64,000 nt of DNA from an uncultured Verrucomicrobiae bacterium (GCA_963772365.1 CAVYXA010000005.1:192001-256000); one strand, 5' to 3'. Shown: positions 28,541 through 38,933, counted from the stretch's first letter. The notes: generated from the letters alone by a model not told the origin. Made by a program: numbers and translations.

Positions 28541-30593
28541 CTACCGCGGCGGCAAGAACCGGCGGATCATTCGCGAGATTTCTTCCGACTGACGGCGCTT
28601 ATCATCGGCTCTGGTTCGTCTTGGGGTCGACTTGTGGGTAGTGGATTCTTTCTCGGAATCATCTTCGGGTGAAGGCGAAGCATCAGCCAAAGCGGAGCTA
28701 GGGTCGGTTTGCACGATCGCGCCGCGTTCGCGATAGATATTTTTCTTGTCGGTACCGTCAAAAGTGACAATGCACCATGGTCAATTCACTTTTCGGTCCC
28801 GCGCCTACGCCAAAGACTGTGTTGCCGCCGAAGCGACAGTTATCCAGCGTCACTGAACCGCGCCACGATGATTTGCCACGGTAACCGCTCAGCACGCCGC
28901 GGGAATTGTTCTGCACATCGCAATCGGAGGCGGTCAGCTCGCCGTTAAGGTAGGCATAAAGTCCGTGATCGCGATTTGAGAGCACTTTTGTCTTGGTGAC
29001 TTTGAGGTGTGAGTTTGGGTCGATCACTACCAGACCGTCGTTATTGTCGTGAATCTCCGAATCTCCAACTTCAGCAGAGGCGCCGGCACAAACCCCGAGC
29101 GCGGTAGTGTTGCGGAAAAATTGCGAATGTTTGATTTCCGCCATGCCCCCGGGCTGGGTGCGATCGCCTACCACGAGACCGAGTCCCTGGGAACCGGAGA
29201 TTTCCGAATCTTCGAGCGTCAGCTTTGCGCCCAAAAGCACGCTCATCCCGTACGGGGCCGAATTCGCGACCACAGTGTGACGTATGACTGCAAAGGACGA
29301 CTGACCGACGACAGAAATCGGCAGCGATCCCGCGGCGATCTGGTTAGGCTGTCGAAGGCCGTTCTGATTGAAGTTGCACTTTTCCATCTCCAGATGGCCG
29401 CCATTGGTAATCAAAACGCCAGACCGATTCGATTCGAAAGAGTCGTTCGTCAGTCTGGCGTGTCCCGATGTGCGCACGATCAACAATCCGACTACGCCTC
29501 GCGACGAAGCACCGTTTTCCTTGAAGGAAGTGTTTGTCAGAGTAAGCGACGCATTGTTTTCGACTACGATGCCAACCTCGTTATTCGTGAAATGACAATC
29601 GTCTCCGGTCAGTTGTGTCTTCTCTCCGGCCATCGAGATGATCGCGCCTTCGCTATCGTTGATCGCGCTGTTTTCAAACGCGCACGAATGCAACTCGGCG
29701 CTCGCTCCGCTCAGCGCGGTCAATCCGATTTTCGAATTCGCGAATGAAGACTGAGTGAAATTCCCTTTGGCGTTCTGCTGCAAACCCACCGCTGCTCCTT
29801 TTGCCGAGGTAAAACTGGAGCCGACCGCCTTAATGGATGCGTTTCCCGTAGCCATTACGCCTAGGTTGGTATTCGATTGCACTTTGCACGTGTCCATTGT
29901 CAGATCGGCACCGTCCGCGACGACGACGGCCGGCAAATCGCCGATACCATTGCAGAGTAGCTGTATATTTGTTAGAGAAACATCCTTCGACATCACCACG
30001 GCGCACGATTTTCCTTCGCCCTGAATCATCACCAGGCCGCCGATGGTCGATTCTCCGACCAGATGAACCGGCTTCTTCAAAATTAAATTGCCCGGATACA
30101 GTCCGGGCGGAATCTTAATTGTCGTCCCCGCCGGCGCATTGGCGATCTTCTCGGCGAGATCGCTGATTCCCTGCCCACCGCCGGGACGCGTGGTATCATT
30201 GCCGATCTCTGCGCCGTTGCCCGAGCGTGGCGGAATCACGACGATGGTGGTGCCATTTTGTGTTCGCACAGAAGTGGTCGCACTTGGCGGTGGCTGCGGA
30301 TTCTGTTTCGTCACACCGGTTTTTTTGGAACCGGAATGCCTAACGGCAAATGCGACGAGCGCGAGCACAACGATCGCAGCGATCGGGATCCCGATAGTGC
30401 GCGGGTTCAGCGAAATCGGAATCGAAATTGGCGCCGCCGGCTTTTCCAGATCTGGAGGAAGCGGTGGAGGCTCCGCGGGTTTCTCGACTGGCGGGGCAGT
30501 TACAATATTTACCGCCCCGCAATCCGGACAGTTTGCATGCTTCGTCGGATCGTAAACGCGACCACAAGTGCAACGAATGCGTTTCACGTTCAT
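28541..30593 (-). CDS. Membrane-anchored right-handed beta-helix protein with N-terminal zinc ribbon (frameshift at about 28760)
   Basis: CTCG...CPDC, TM segment, parallel beta-helix repeats. Removing one T of a T run extends the ORF to TAG at 28541. Confidence 0.75.
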
Positions 30594-31732
30594 GGCGTCG
30601 GTGAAGGCGAAAGCCGCCGATTTCTTAGTTCGATCGCTTTCCGTCTTCTTTCCTCGATCGCACTTTGCGCGCTAGGGGAAGCGCTTGTGTTTGGTGCGGG
30701 CGATTGCCGCTGCAATCGCTCTCTCCGCAGCCTTTCCATCTCGTCCCGACCCTGATCCGCCGACGCGCCAGGTGTAGGCTGTTTGCCCGCGCGTTCTTTT
30801 CGCAATCGCTCCATTTCATTCCGCACATCGTCTCCCGGAAAAACCGGCGCAGTCGTGGTCACGGATGGGGATGGCGCAGGCGTAGGGATTTTCACATTCT
30901 TCATTAACGCCGTCCACTCGGCTTCGCGTTCGGCTGGAGTCGCTTCCTTGAAGGCAAGCTTATTGTCAGTATCGACCACAACGGTTCCAAGGAACGACCA
31001 ATATCGCTCCGGGGTCAGCGTTACTGCAGGCAGGACGAAATTCGTGCTTTTTCCGAAATCGCCGAAGACTGAGGTCCGTATTTCCGTTGCCGCTCTCGTT
31101 GTCGCGTCGCTGGCCAGTTTCACGTACACTTTGAAGTGCGTATCCGCGGGCGTGTCGGTTGTCATCCACACTGTGACCCCCCGACCCGGAACATACGCCA
31201 TTTCATCGTTCGACCAATTACTGAAGTTACGCGCTTTCGCGGGATCAAGAGGCCCGTTAACGCCCTTTCCTGTCTTCTCCGAAATCATGTCGTCCTGCAG
31301 GTATAGATCGATGTCCTGTGACATATTATTTCCAGTCGTGACGACGAGAAACGGTTTCTTCTGCTTTAGCCTTTGGTCTTTCTTGTCGATCGCGGCCTGC
31401 AAATCGTCGTTCTTCTTTTTCAATTCCTCATTTTCCGCGGCGTACGAATTCACCTGCCCTTGAAGTTGCTTCACCTGCGCTTCGAGTTCCTGAAGCTTTT
31501 TCTTTAGTTCTTCGACCTGGTTTGGATCCGAAAGATCGCCGTCTTGCAATCGATTGATGTCCTTGAACAAATCGTCAGTCGCCTGCTGTTGCTCTCGCAG
31601 ACCGCCGCTGCCGGGTGGTTTGTAATACGGCAGCGAGACAATCATCATAAAACAGAACGCGCCGAGCGCTCCGCACAAAATGTCGATGAGCGACATGTTG
31701 AAGATGTTTATCTCGCGCGGTCGAACTTTCAT
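30590..31732 (-). CDS. Single-TM partner of a MotA/ExbB-like channel, with coiled coil
   Basis: MKVRPREINIFNMSLIDILCGALGAFCFMM (Asp in the TM segment), then coiled coil. Confidence 0.65.
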   Translation of the reverse strand: MKVRPREINIFNMSLIDILCGALGAFCFMMIVSLPYYKPPGSGGLREQQQATDDLFKDINRLQDGDLSDPNQVEELKKKLQELEAQVKQLQGQVNSYAAENEELKKKNDDLQAAIDKKDQRLKQKKPFLVVTTGNNMSQDIDLYLQDDMISEKTGKGVNGPLDPAKARNFSNWSNDEMAYVPGRGVTVWMTTDTPADTHFKVYVKLASDATTRAATEIRTSVFGDFGKSTNFVLPAVTLTPERYWSFLGTVVVDTDNKLAFKEATPAEREAEWTALMKNVKIPTPAPSPSVTTTAPVFPGDDVRNEMERLRKERAGKQPTPGASADQGRDEMERLRRERLQRQSPAPNTSASPSAQSAIEERRRKAIELRNRRLSPSPTP

Positions 31733-31740
31733 TACCTGTA

Positions 31741-32562
31741 TCAGCTGCCGACATAGAGCCTGTTGATGAGATTCCGCAGCGTATAGTCGCCCGCTTTGTT
31801 CACGGCTGATTCTTCTTCCTGCTGCACCAGATGAAGCAGAAAAACGAGAATCGCGCTCTCGACCAGCGCGACCATGGTGCAATCGAAACCGACGCCCAGG
31901 GTCTTGGCGACCACCTTAAGGTCGAGAGTCGTCCCCGGGTCCCCCGCGGCCGAGAGCGACGCGCCTAGCGAGTAAACAGTGCCGATGAAACCAAGCGTCG
32001 GCACAACCCACGCGATAAAACGCACCAGACCGTAACGCAGATCGACCCGATGACTCATCAACTCCAGATGCTGATTCATCACTCCGGCCGCCTGTTCCAC
32101 TGACGAGCTGGACTGGAATTGGAGGACCGCGATGTTGATGAGCGAGGGAAGAAATCCATTTTCATGATCGAACGCACCGGCTACGCGCCGCCGAATTGGC
32201 CCGAGATCCTGCGAAACGAGGACGGTCTGATCGTCCTCCGGCAAAAAATGCTGGCCCAGAAAGCCGTTCTCTCGCGTGGCAATGCGCCACCTCACAAAGA
32301 TTTCGCCCAGCCCGATGAAAAACATGATGTGCATCAAATTTTGGATCGTGAACGGATAAAGGAAATGTTGCGACGGCTTGTCCAGCACGAGAACCGCTGC
32401 GCGTCCGGAAAGAATCAGGCTGAGCAGCCCGATGAAGATCAGGCTGGCAACTGCCGCCAGAATGAGTGCGCTGGAGCGCTTTGGCTTTTCCCAGAGCGAA
32501 CTCAATCCCGGACCGATCGTGGCCGAGGCCGTACTAAGATCGACAGGACGGGCATGATTCAT
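31741..32562 (-). CDS. MotA/TolQ/ExbB proton channel family protein
   Basis: WVVPTLGFIGTV...LGVGFDCTMVAL. Confidence 0.85.
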   Translation of the reverse strand: MNHARPVDLSTASATIGPGLSSLWEKPKRSSALILAAVASLIFIGLLSLILSGRAAVLVLDKPSQHFLYPFTIQNLMHIMFFIGLGEIFVRWRIATRENGFLGQHFLPEDDQTVLVSQDLGPIRRRVAGAFDHENGFLPSLINIAVLQFQSSSSVEQAAGVMNQHLELMSHRVDLRYGLVRFIAWVVPTLGFIGTVYSLGASLSAAGDPGTTLDLKVVAKTLGVGFDCTMVALVESAILVFLLHLVQQEEESAVNKAGDYTLRNLINRLYVGS

Positions 32563-32752
32563 GATCGCGCGCCGTCCGTAGAGTCATTGATCTGGCTTGG
32601 GATTCTCACATCGTGGTCGCAACTCCCCGCTGGTTGCGAACATGATAGGCTAATAAAAATTCAGCTCGGCAGGCAAGTGATTCCTCAATCAGGCGCTGTG
32701 TTTTACCAACGCGTTCCACCTTTACCACGAGCCGAGCGTTTTCCAAGCCGTG

Positions 32753-33043
32753 TCAGGCCACTCCCGCGCCCGGCTTATATCGGCTCTGCAAGATCGCGTC
32801 GTGAATGTCGGGCACGTGAATTTTGCGCGCGTCGAAAGTGACGACCACGCGCTCCTCCTCACGATCGACAGTCACATCCTGAACGCCATTGAGCTTCATC
32901 AGGATCGGGCGCAACCGACGCATGCACGTCTCGCAATCTTCGCCTTCGGTGGCGATCTCGATCTTCTCCAGAATGGCGTGATCGGCGCGCTCGCTGAAAA
33001 ACGGATCGGCCGGTTCGTGTTCGTTTGGTCGAGCAGGATCCAT
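32753..33043 (-). CDS. Heavy-metal-associated (HMA) domain protein
   Basis: GEDCETC motif with ferredoxin-like spacing. Confidence 0.75.
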   Translation of the reverse strand: MDPARPNEHEPADPFFSERADHAILEKIEIATEGEDCETCMRRLRPILMKLNGVQDVTVDREEERVVVTFDARKIHVPDIHDAILQSRYKPGAGVA

Positions 33044-33050
33044 ATCAAAC

Positions 33051-33710
33051 TTATCTTTCGTGTGACGCTGGCTGAGCGGTTGTGTTGAGGGCAATTGGTT
33101 TCAAAACCCGCCAGACATTCTCCGCCAGCACCCGCTGGCCGTCCGCATTTGGATGGATGTGGTCCGGCAGATTCAACAAGGCGTTCCCTCCAACGTCTTT
33201 GAGCAGATACGGCACGAGAGCGGCGTGATTCTTTTCGGCAAGGTCAGGATACATTCGTCCGAACGCGCCGACGTAATCGTTGGCGGTGTAATTGGGAAGC
33301 TCCATCCCGCAAATCACAATGTGTACGTTCGGGTTACGCGCCTTCACCTTGTCGACGATCTCCTGAAGATTGTCTTCAATTTCGTCGATGGGGCGGCCGA
33401 GAAAAAAATCGTTGATACCCAATTCCAAAATAAAGATGTCGATCCTGTGTTTGAGATGGGGCGGTAAACGCAGCAACCCATCCGCGCTCGTCCCACCACT
33501 GGCGCTGGCGTTCGTCACTTCGTAATTCAAACCGGCAGCGCGCAGCTTGTCTGTAAGCAAGGCCGGATACGCCTGGCTCCGATCGAGACCAAAGCCAGCC
33601 GATAAACTGTCGCCGAAAATTAGGATACGCTTTGGGGCTCGCGCCGCGCTGAGCGCCAAAGTGGTTAAAAAGATAACGGAAGCGACTTTCGTGACACGCA
33701 CATCATTCAA
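33051..33710 (-). CDS. GDSL/SGNH arylesterase (TesA-like)
   Basis: FGDSLSAG, ELGIND, DHIHPN. Confidence 0.9.
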   Translation of the reverse strand: MNDVRVTKVASVIFLTTLALSAARAPKRILIFGDSLSAGFGLDRSQAYPALLTDKLRAAGLNYEVTNASASGGTSADGLLRLPPHLKHRIDIFILELGINDFFLGRPIDEIEDNLQEIVDKVKARNPNVHIVICGMELPNYTANDYVGAFGRMYPDLAEKNHAALVPYLLKDVGGNALLNLPDHIHPNADGQRVLAENVWRVLKPIALNTTAQPASHER

Positions 33711-33788
33711 TCGACACGCAATTTCACGTTGGACGTTGCCCGCTGAGCGTTTAACCTTTTTTCCCTTTAACCCTTCAACGAATAGATT

Positions 33789-34790
33789 ATGGCAAACTTC
33801 GGCATCAACGGCTTCGGCCGCATCGGGCGCAACGTGTTGCGCGCCATGTCACAGAAACAAGTCGAGCGCGTCAGCGCCATCAACGATCTCACTGATACAC
33901 ATACTCTCGCGCATTTGCTTAAGTGGGATTCGGTCCACGGCAAGTTCGACGGCGAGATTGGCTACGATGACGAGAACATCGTCGTGCGCGGTCACAAGAT
34001 CCGGATTTTCAAGGAACGCGACCCGGCGAATCTTCCCTGGAAGAAACTCGATGTCGATGTTGTGCTGGAATCGACCGGCTTTTTCACCGCGCGCGACAAG
34101 GCCGAGCTGCACATCAGCAAAGGCGGCGCGAAACGGGTCTTAATCAGCGCACCGGCGAAAAATCCCGACGCCACGATTTGTATCGGAATCAATGACGACG
34201 TTTACGATCCGGCCAAGCACACCATTGTTTCAAACGCGAGCTGCACGACGAATTGTCTCGCGCCGTTGGCCAAAGTAATGCACGAAAAATTTGGCGTGGC
34301 TCACGGATTCATGAGCACGATCCACAGCTACACCAATGACCAGCGAATTCTCGATCTTCCACATGATGACTTGCGGCGTGCCCGGGCGGCTGCCATCAGC
34401 ATTATCCCATCAAGCACCGGCGCGGCCAAAGCGATCGGCGAAGTGATCCCCGCGCTGAAAGGGAAACTAAATGGCGGCGCGTTTCGTGTGCCGACACCGG
34501 ATGGTTCCGTCACGGACTTCAGTGCGCTCCTAGAGAAAGATGTCACCGTCGAAGCGATCAATGCTGCGTTCAAAGAAGCTGCAGCGGACAAGAAATACAA
34601 AGGCGTTCTCGAATTCAGCGACGAACCGCTGGTCTCGCAGGATATCGTGGGCAACCCGCACTCGTGCATCTTCGACAGCAAACTCACCATCACGCTCGGC
34701 AACCGGTTCGCCAAAATCGTCGGCTGGTACGATAACGAATGGGGCTACAGCAATCGGTGCGTCGAGATGTTGGAAATGCTGGCGAAGTAG
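33789..34790 (+). CDS. gap: Glyceraldehyde-3-phosphate dehydrogenase type I
   Basis: GINGFGRIGR, SNASCTTNCLAP, WYDNEWGYS. Confidence 0.98.
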   Translation: MANFGINGFGRIGRNVLRAMSQKQVERVSAINDLTDTHTLAHLLKWDSVHGKFDGEIGYDDENIVVRGHKIRIFKERDPANLPWKKLDVDVVLESTGFFTARDKAELHISKGGAKRVLISAPAKNPDATICIGINDDVYDPAKHTIVSNASCTTNCLAPLAKVMHEKFGVAHGFMSTIHSYTNDQRILDLPHDDLRRARAAAISIIPSSTGAAKAIGEVIPALKGKLNGGAFRVPTPDGSVTDFSALLEKDVTVEAINAAFKEAAADKKYKGVLEFSDEPLVSQDIVGNPHSCIFDSKLTITLGNRFAKIVGWYDNEWGYSNRCVEMLEMLAK

Positions 34791-34792
34791 CA

Positions 34793-35259
34793 ATCTTGAT
34801 CATGCTCGTGCTCATGATCATGATCGAAGAATGAAGACATATTTCGATCACGAGAAGCTGGATGTTTATCAGGAGGCAATCGCCTTCTGCCGCTGGGTGG
34901 GTGAGTTCATCGGCGGCATCAATGCTAGGCTTGCGGCAAAAGACCAGCTCGATCGCGCTTCCACAAGCATTCCGCTTAATATCGCCGAAGGAAACGGCAA
35001 GCTTTCTAATGCTGATCGAGCACGATTTCTGGAAATAGGACGCGGCTCCGCTCTGGAGTGTGCCGCTTGTCTGGATGTCGTCGTCGCGCGCAGACTCGCT
35101 CAGCCCGATGATATTGTTGCCGCGAAAGAGCAGCTCGTCCGTATTGTAAATATGTTGATGGGGCTGTTGAAACGCTTTTCAGGCCGCGCCGAATTCTTGC
35201 GTGAAGATGAAGCACTTTATCACATCGATCATGATCAGGATCATGAGCATGATCATGAT
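34793..35259. mobile_element. Inverted-arm cassette 1 (35-nt hexamer-repeat arms around a four-helix-bundle gene)
   Basis: 34793-34827 matches the reverse complement of 35225-35259 at 31/35; mobility is inferred. Confidence 0.6.
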
Positions 35260-35271
35260 GGGACGAGATGA
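34831..35271 (+). CDS. Four-helix-bundle protein (23S IVS/Avd-like family)
   Basis: FDHEKLDVY, DQLDRASTSIPLNIAEG, RFLEIGRGSALEC. Confidence 0.9.
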   Translation: MKTYFDHEKLDVYQEAIAFCRWVGEFIGGINARLAAKDQLDRASTSIPLNIAEGNGKLSNADRARFLEIGRGSALECAACLDVVVARRLAQPDDIVAAKEQLVRIVNMLMGLLKRFSGRAEFLREDEALYHIDHDQDHEHDHDGTR

Positions 35272-36479
35272 GTAAACTCACCCTTCGCGATCTCAACGTG
35301 CGCGGGAAACGCGTGCTGGTGCGGGTTGATTTCAATGTTCCCACCGATGTTCACGGAGGGAAGTTTCGAATCACCGATGACACCAGAATTCGGGAGAGCT
35401 TGCCCACGATCAATTATCTTCGCGAGCACAAGGCCAAGACGATTTTGATGTCGCATTTTGGTCGGCCTAAAGGGAAACCGGTCGATAAATTTTCGCTGCG
35501 TTCAATAGGCGATCATTTGCATTCGCTCATTCATCATCCGGTGATTTTCAGCCACGACACGATCGGGAACGTGCCGAAGACAATCATCGAGTCGATGCAG
35601 GAAGGCGATGTCGCTTTGCTGGAAAATGTGCGGTTCCAGCCGGAGGAAGAAGCCAACGATCCGAAGTTTGCCGAAGCCCTGGCCAATTTGGGGGATCTTT
35701 ATGTGAATGATGCTTTTGGTACGGCGCATCGCGCTCATGCTTCGACGGCTGGCATTACGAAGTTCGTGAAGCAATCGGCGATGGGCCTGTTGATGGAAAA
35801 GGAGCTGAAATATCTGCGGGAAGAATTGACCAAACCAAAAAAACCATTCCTCGTGATCATGGGCGGCTCGAAAGTTTCCGATAAAATAGGTGTGCTCAAA
35901 GCCCTCATGGAAAAAGCTGACACCATCCTGATCGGGGGCGCGATGGCGAACACGTTTTTCAAAGCGCAGGGGATTCCGATCGGTGAAAGCCGGGTCGAGT
36001 CTGACAAAGTCAATCTCGCGAATGAAATTGTCGATCTTGCCAAAGAACGCGAAGTGAAATTTGTGTTGCCCGTCGATGTCGTCGAAGCGGAAGAAGTTCA
36101 ATCGGGTGCGTCCATGACGAACACGAGCCGGCTTTCGCCGGAACATGGCGTCCGCGACGGCTGGCACGCGGTCGATATCGGCACGGCGACAATCGCGTTG
36201 TATCAGGAAGAGATAGCCAAGGCGGAAACGATTTTGTGGAACGGTCCGCTGGGCGTTTTTGAAATTCCCGAATTCGCGGAAGGCACCATAGCAATCGCAG
36301 AAGCTCTCGCGCAATGCGGTGCTACCACGATCATCGGTGGTGGTGATTCAGTCACAGCAGTAAAGCAAGCAGGCTTGGCCGACAAAATGACGTTTATTTC
36401 GACCGGCGGCGGTGCGTCGCTTGAATTATTGGAAGGCAAGGAACTGCCTGGAGTCGCAGCATTATCGGATAAATCTTAG
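35268..36479 (+). CDS. pgk: Phosphoglycerate kinase
   Basis: RVDFNVP, NDAFGTAHRAHAS, ISTGGGASLE. Confidence 0.98.
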   Translation: MSKLTLRDLNVRGKRVLVRVDFNVPTDVHGGKFRITDDTRIRESLPTINYLREHKAKTILMSHFGRPKGKPVDKFSLRSIGDHLHSLIHHPVIFSHDTIGNVPKTIIESMQEGDVALLENVRFQPEEEANDPKFAEALANLGDLYVNDAFGTAHRAHASTAGITKFVKQSAMGLLMEKELKYLREELTKPKKPFLVIMGGSKVSDKIGVLKALMEKADTILIGGAMANTFFKAQGIPIGESRVESDKVNLANEIVDLAKEREVKFVLPVDVVEAEEVQSGASMTNTSRLSPEHGVRDGWHAVDIGTATIALYQEEIAKAETILWNGPLGVFEIPEFAEGTIAIAEALAQCGATTIIGGGDSVTAVKQAGLADKMTFISTGGGASLELLEGKELPGVAALSDKS

Positions 36480-36486
36480 GGCTTTC

Positions 36487-37251
36487 ATGAGAAAGAAAAT
36501 CATCGCGGCGAATTGGAAAATGAACAAAACGCAGGCCGAGGCCGAGCGTTTCATCGAGAGCTTCCTGATCGAGATCGGCGACAATCGTGATGCCGAGATC
36601 GTGATCATTCCGCCGTTCACGGCGATCGCGAAGGTGAATGAGGCGTTAGGCAAAGCGCAACACATCAAGGTAGGCGCGCAAAACATGCACTGGGAACCCC
36701 ACGGCGCATTCACCGGCGAGATCTCCGCTTCCATGCTGCGCGATTTGTTCGTGCGCTATGTCGTGCTCGGCCATAGCGAACGGCGGACCTTGTTTGGCGA
36801 AACCGATAAAATCGTAAACCGGAAAGCGCGAGCCGCACACGACTCGGCATTGCGCCCGATTGTGTGTGTCGGGGAAACACTTGAGCAGCGCGACAAGGGA
36901 AATGTGGATAAGATATTGTCGATCCAGCTCCGCGGAAGTCTGGCTGGTCTCGAGGCGAAACAATTACAGGAGACTGTGATTGCGTATGAGCCGGTCTGGG
37001 CGATCGGCACCGGTCGCAACGCTACGCCGGGTGAGGCTCAAGATGCACATGCCTTTATCCGACAGGTGATAGGCGAGATGTCCGATGGCGCGACGGCCGA
37101 CAGAATTCGGGTCCAGTACGGCGGAAGTGTGAAACCCGAAAATGCGCGCGAGCTGATGTCGCAACCGGACATCGATGGCGCGCTAGTTGGAGGGGCCAGT
37201 CTCGAACCGCGCAGCTTTGCCGAGATTGTAAAGGTAGCGAGCGAGCAATAG
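36487..37251 (+). CDS. tpiA: Triosephosphate isomerase
   Basis: ANWKMN, GHSERR, AYEPVWAIGTG, YGGSVKP. Confidence 0.98.
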   Translation: MRKKIIAANWKMNKTQAEAERFIESFLIEIGDNRDAEIVIIPPFTAIAKVNEALGKAQHIKVGAQNMHWEPHGAFTGEISASMLRDLFVRYVVLGHSERRTLFGETDKIVNRKARAAHDSALRPIVCVGETLEQRDKGNVDKILSIQLRGSLAGLEAKQLQETVIAYEPVWAIGTGRNATPGEAQDAHAFIRQVIGEMSDGATADRIRVQYGGSVKPENARELMSQPDIDGALVGGASLEPRSFAEIVKVASEQ

Positions 37252-37329
37252 CGGATTCAACGGGCTGTTTTGTGGCCGACTTGCTCGTTGGTCTTGCAAT
37301 CTGTCCAATCCTATAAATCCTGTCTGGAG

Positions 37330-37793
37330 ATCTCTTCCTCTTCCTCTCCCTCTTAATCTTGATCCGAACATTAATCTCTATGCCGTTCCATCACGAAAAG
37401 CTGACCGTCTATCGACGAGCGTTAGAATTCGCGACTTGGTCGCAAATTCTCATCGACTCATTAACTAAAACGACCTCGACCCGCGATCACTTGGAGCGTG
37501 CCGGCGACAGCATTGCGTTGAATATCGCCGAGGGAAACGGCAAATTCTCACAGACAGATCGGGCCCGTTTTTTCCAGATCGCACACGGCTCGGCTCTTGA
37601 GTCCGCAGGATGCCTTGATCTTCTGGTCGCGCGAGGCTGTTGTGAAGGCGATGCAATCGTGAAAGGCAAAGCGCTGCTGGAAGAAATCGTAAAGATGCTT
37701 TTTAAGATGCTTGATCAACTGGGCTGCAGGATCGCGAAAGATGCGCCCGGCTACGGGGAGGCAGCAGACGAAGAGGAAGCGGAAGAGGAAGAT
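37330..37793. mobile_element. Inverted-arm cassette 2 (CTCTTC/GAAGAG hexamer arms around a four-helix-bundle gene)
   Basis: 37333-37347 matches the reverse complement of 37778-37792 at 14/15; mobility is inferred. Confidence 0.5.
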
Positions 37794-37796
37794 TGA
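37380..37796 (+). CDS. Four-helix-bundle protein (23S IVS/Avd-like family)
   Basis: FHHEKLTVY, DHLERAGDSIALNIAEG, RFFQIAHGSALES. Confidence 0.9.
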   Translation: MPFHHEKLTVYRRALEFATWSQILIDSLTKTTSTRDHLERAGDSIALNIAEGNGKFSQTDRARFFQIAHGSALESAGCLDLLVARGCCEGDAIVKGKALLEEIVKMLFKMLDQLGCRIAKDAPGYGEAADEEEAEEED

Positions 37797-37798
37797 TC

Positions 37799-38329
37799 AT
37801 GGCAATCACCGTTCCACGACCGAAGCTGAATTGGCGTGAGCGCCTTTATCTTCCGGCAATTTTTGCCGGCCTGGTGATCACCTTCAAACATTTCGTGAAC
37901 ATGCTGCTCGGTCGCACCAAGGTGACCATGCAATATCCGGAAGAGAAATGGGATTCGAATTTGCCCGATCACTATCGCGGTGCGCCCGCTCTGGTGAGAG
38001 ATGCCGATGGTCGGGTGCGCTGCGTCGCGTGTCAGCTTTGTGAATTCATCTGCCCACCGCGTGCGATCAAGATTGTCCCAGGCGAAATTCCATCGACCGA
38101 TCGGTTTGCCAAAGTCGAGAAACATCCCGAGGAATTCGATATCGACATGATCCGCTGCATCTTTTGCGGGATGTGCGAGGAGGTTTGTCCCGAGCAGGCG
38201 ATTTTTTTACGAAAAGATTACGCCATCACCGGTTTCACTCGCGAAGAGATGGTGTATCGAAAAGACAAGCTGATCGAGATCGGCGGAGTGATGCATGGCG
38301 TCGTTTTGAAATGGAATGAAAAGAAGTGA
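37799..38329 (+). CDS. nuoI: NADH-quinone oxidoreductase subunit I
   Basis: QYPEEK and two CxxCxxCxxxCP motifs. Confidence 0.95.
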   Translation: MAITVPRPKLNWRERLYLPAIFAGLVITFKHFVNMLLGRTKVTMQYPEEKWDSNLPDHYRGAPALVRDADGRVRCVACQLCEFICPPRAIKIVPGEIPSTDRFAKVEKHPEEFDIDMIRCIFCGMCEEVCPEQAIFLRKDYAITGFTREEMVYRKDKLIEIGGVMHGVVLKWNEKK

Positions 38330-38330
38330 G

Positions 38331-38409
38331 GCCACAGCTTGACACAGATGTTCGCCGATTTTTCAGATTTCGATCTTACATCTGTGTTTGATCTGTGTTC
38401 ATCTGTGGC
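38331..38409. repeat. Empty tandem-inverted-repeat hairpin (CACAGAT unit) between nuoI and nuoJ
   Basis: GCCACAGCTTGACACAGAT ... ATCTGTGTTTGATCTGTGTTCATCTGTGGC. Confidence 0.8.
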
Positions 38410-38416
38410 TTGAAAA

Positions 38417-38920
38417 ATGTCTGCATTTCTTTTCTGGATATTCGCGATCATGATGCTGGTGTTCGGCGCGGCCGTGATCATCGTGCGCAATCCAGTGGCC
38501 AGCGCGCTGAATCTGGTGATGTCGTTCCTCGGGCTGGCAGCGCTTTTCATTTTGCTCGATGCTTACTTCATCGGCATCATCCAGGTCCTCGTTTATGCCG
38601 GAGCGGTGATGGTGCTGTTCCTTTTCATCATCATGCTTTTGAACCTGCGGGCCGAGGAAGCGCGACGAATCAACTGGCCGACCGGTATGGGGGCGATCGC
38701 GGTCGGTCAGCTTCTGATGTTCCAGATTTTTTTTGTCGTCGCGCATTTTAAAGCCGCCGCGCAACCATTTCCGCCGTTACCAACATCGACAATCGATGAC
38801 GTCCGAAACGTCGGCGCCTTGTTGTTCGCCAATTACAATCTGCCATTTCAGATCATTGGCGTGCTGGTGCTCGTCGCCACAATTGGCGTAGTTCTTCTGA
38901 GCAAGCGCGAAACGAAATAA
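38417..38920 (+). CDS. nuoJ: NADH-quinone oxidoreductase subunit J
   Basis: RNPV.SAL, QVLVYAGAVMVLFLFIIMLL. Confidence 0.95.
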   Translation: MSAFLFWIFAIMMLVFGAAVIIVRNPVASALNLVMSFLGLAALFILLDAYFIGIIQVLVYAGAVMVLFLFIIMLLNLRAEEARRINWPTGMGAIAVGQLLMFQIFFVVAHFKAAAQPFPPLPTSTIDDVRNVGALLFANYNLPFQIIGVLVLVATIGVVLLSKRETK

Positions 38921-38933
38921 GATGAAACTTTTA

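Noticed and set aside
30590..32562. Zorya anti-phage system
   Set aside because: No long ZorA tail, no OmpA-domain ZorB and no ZorC/D/E neighbours.
35225..35259. His-rich metal-binding tail
   Set aside because: Better explained as the translated right arm of the inverted repeat.
34831..37796. Diversity-generating retroelement suggested by Avd-like proteins
   Set aside because: No reverse transcriptase and no template/variable repeat pair with adenine-specific mismatches were seen.
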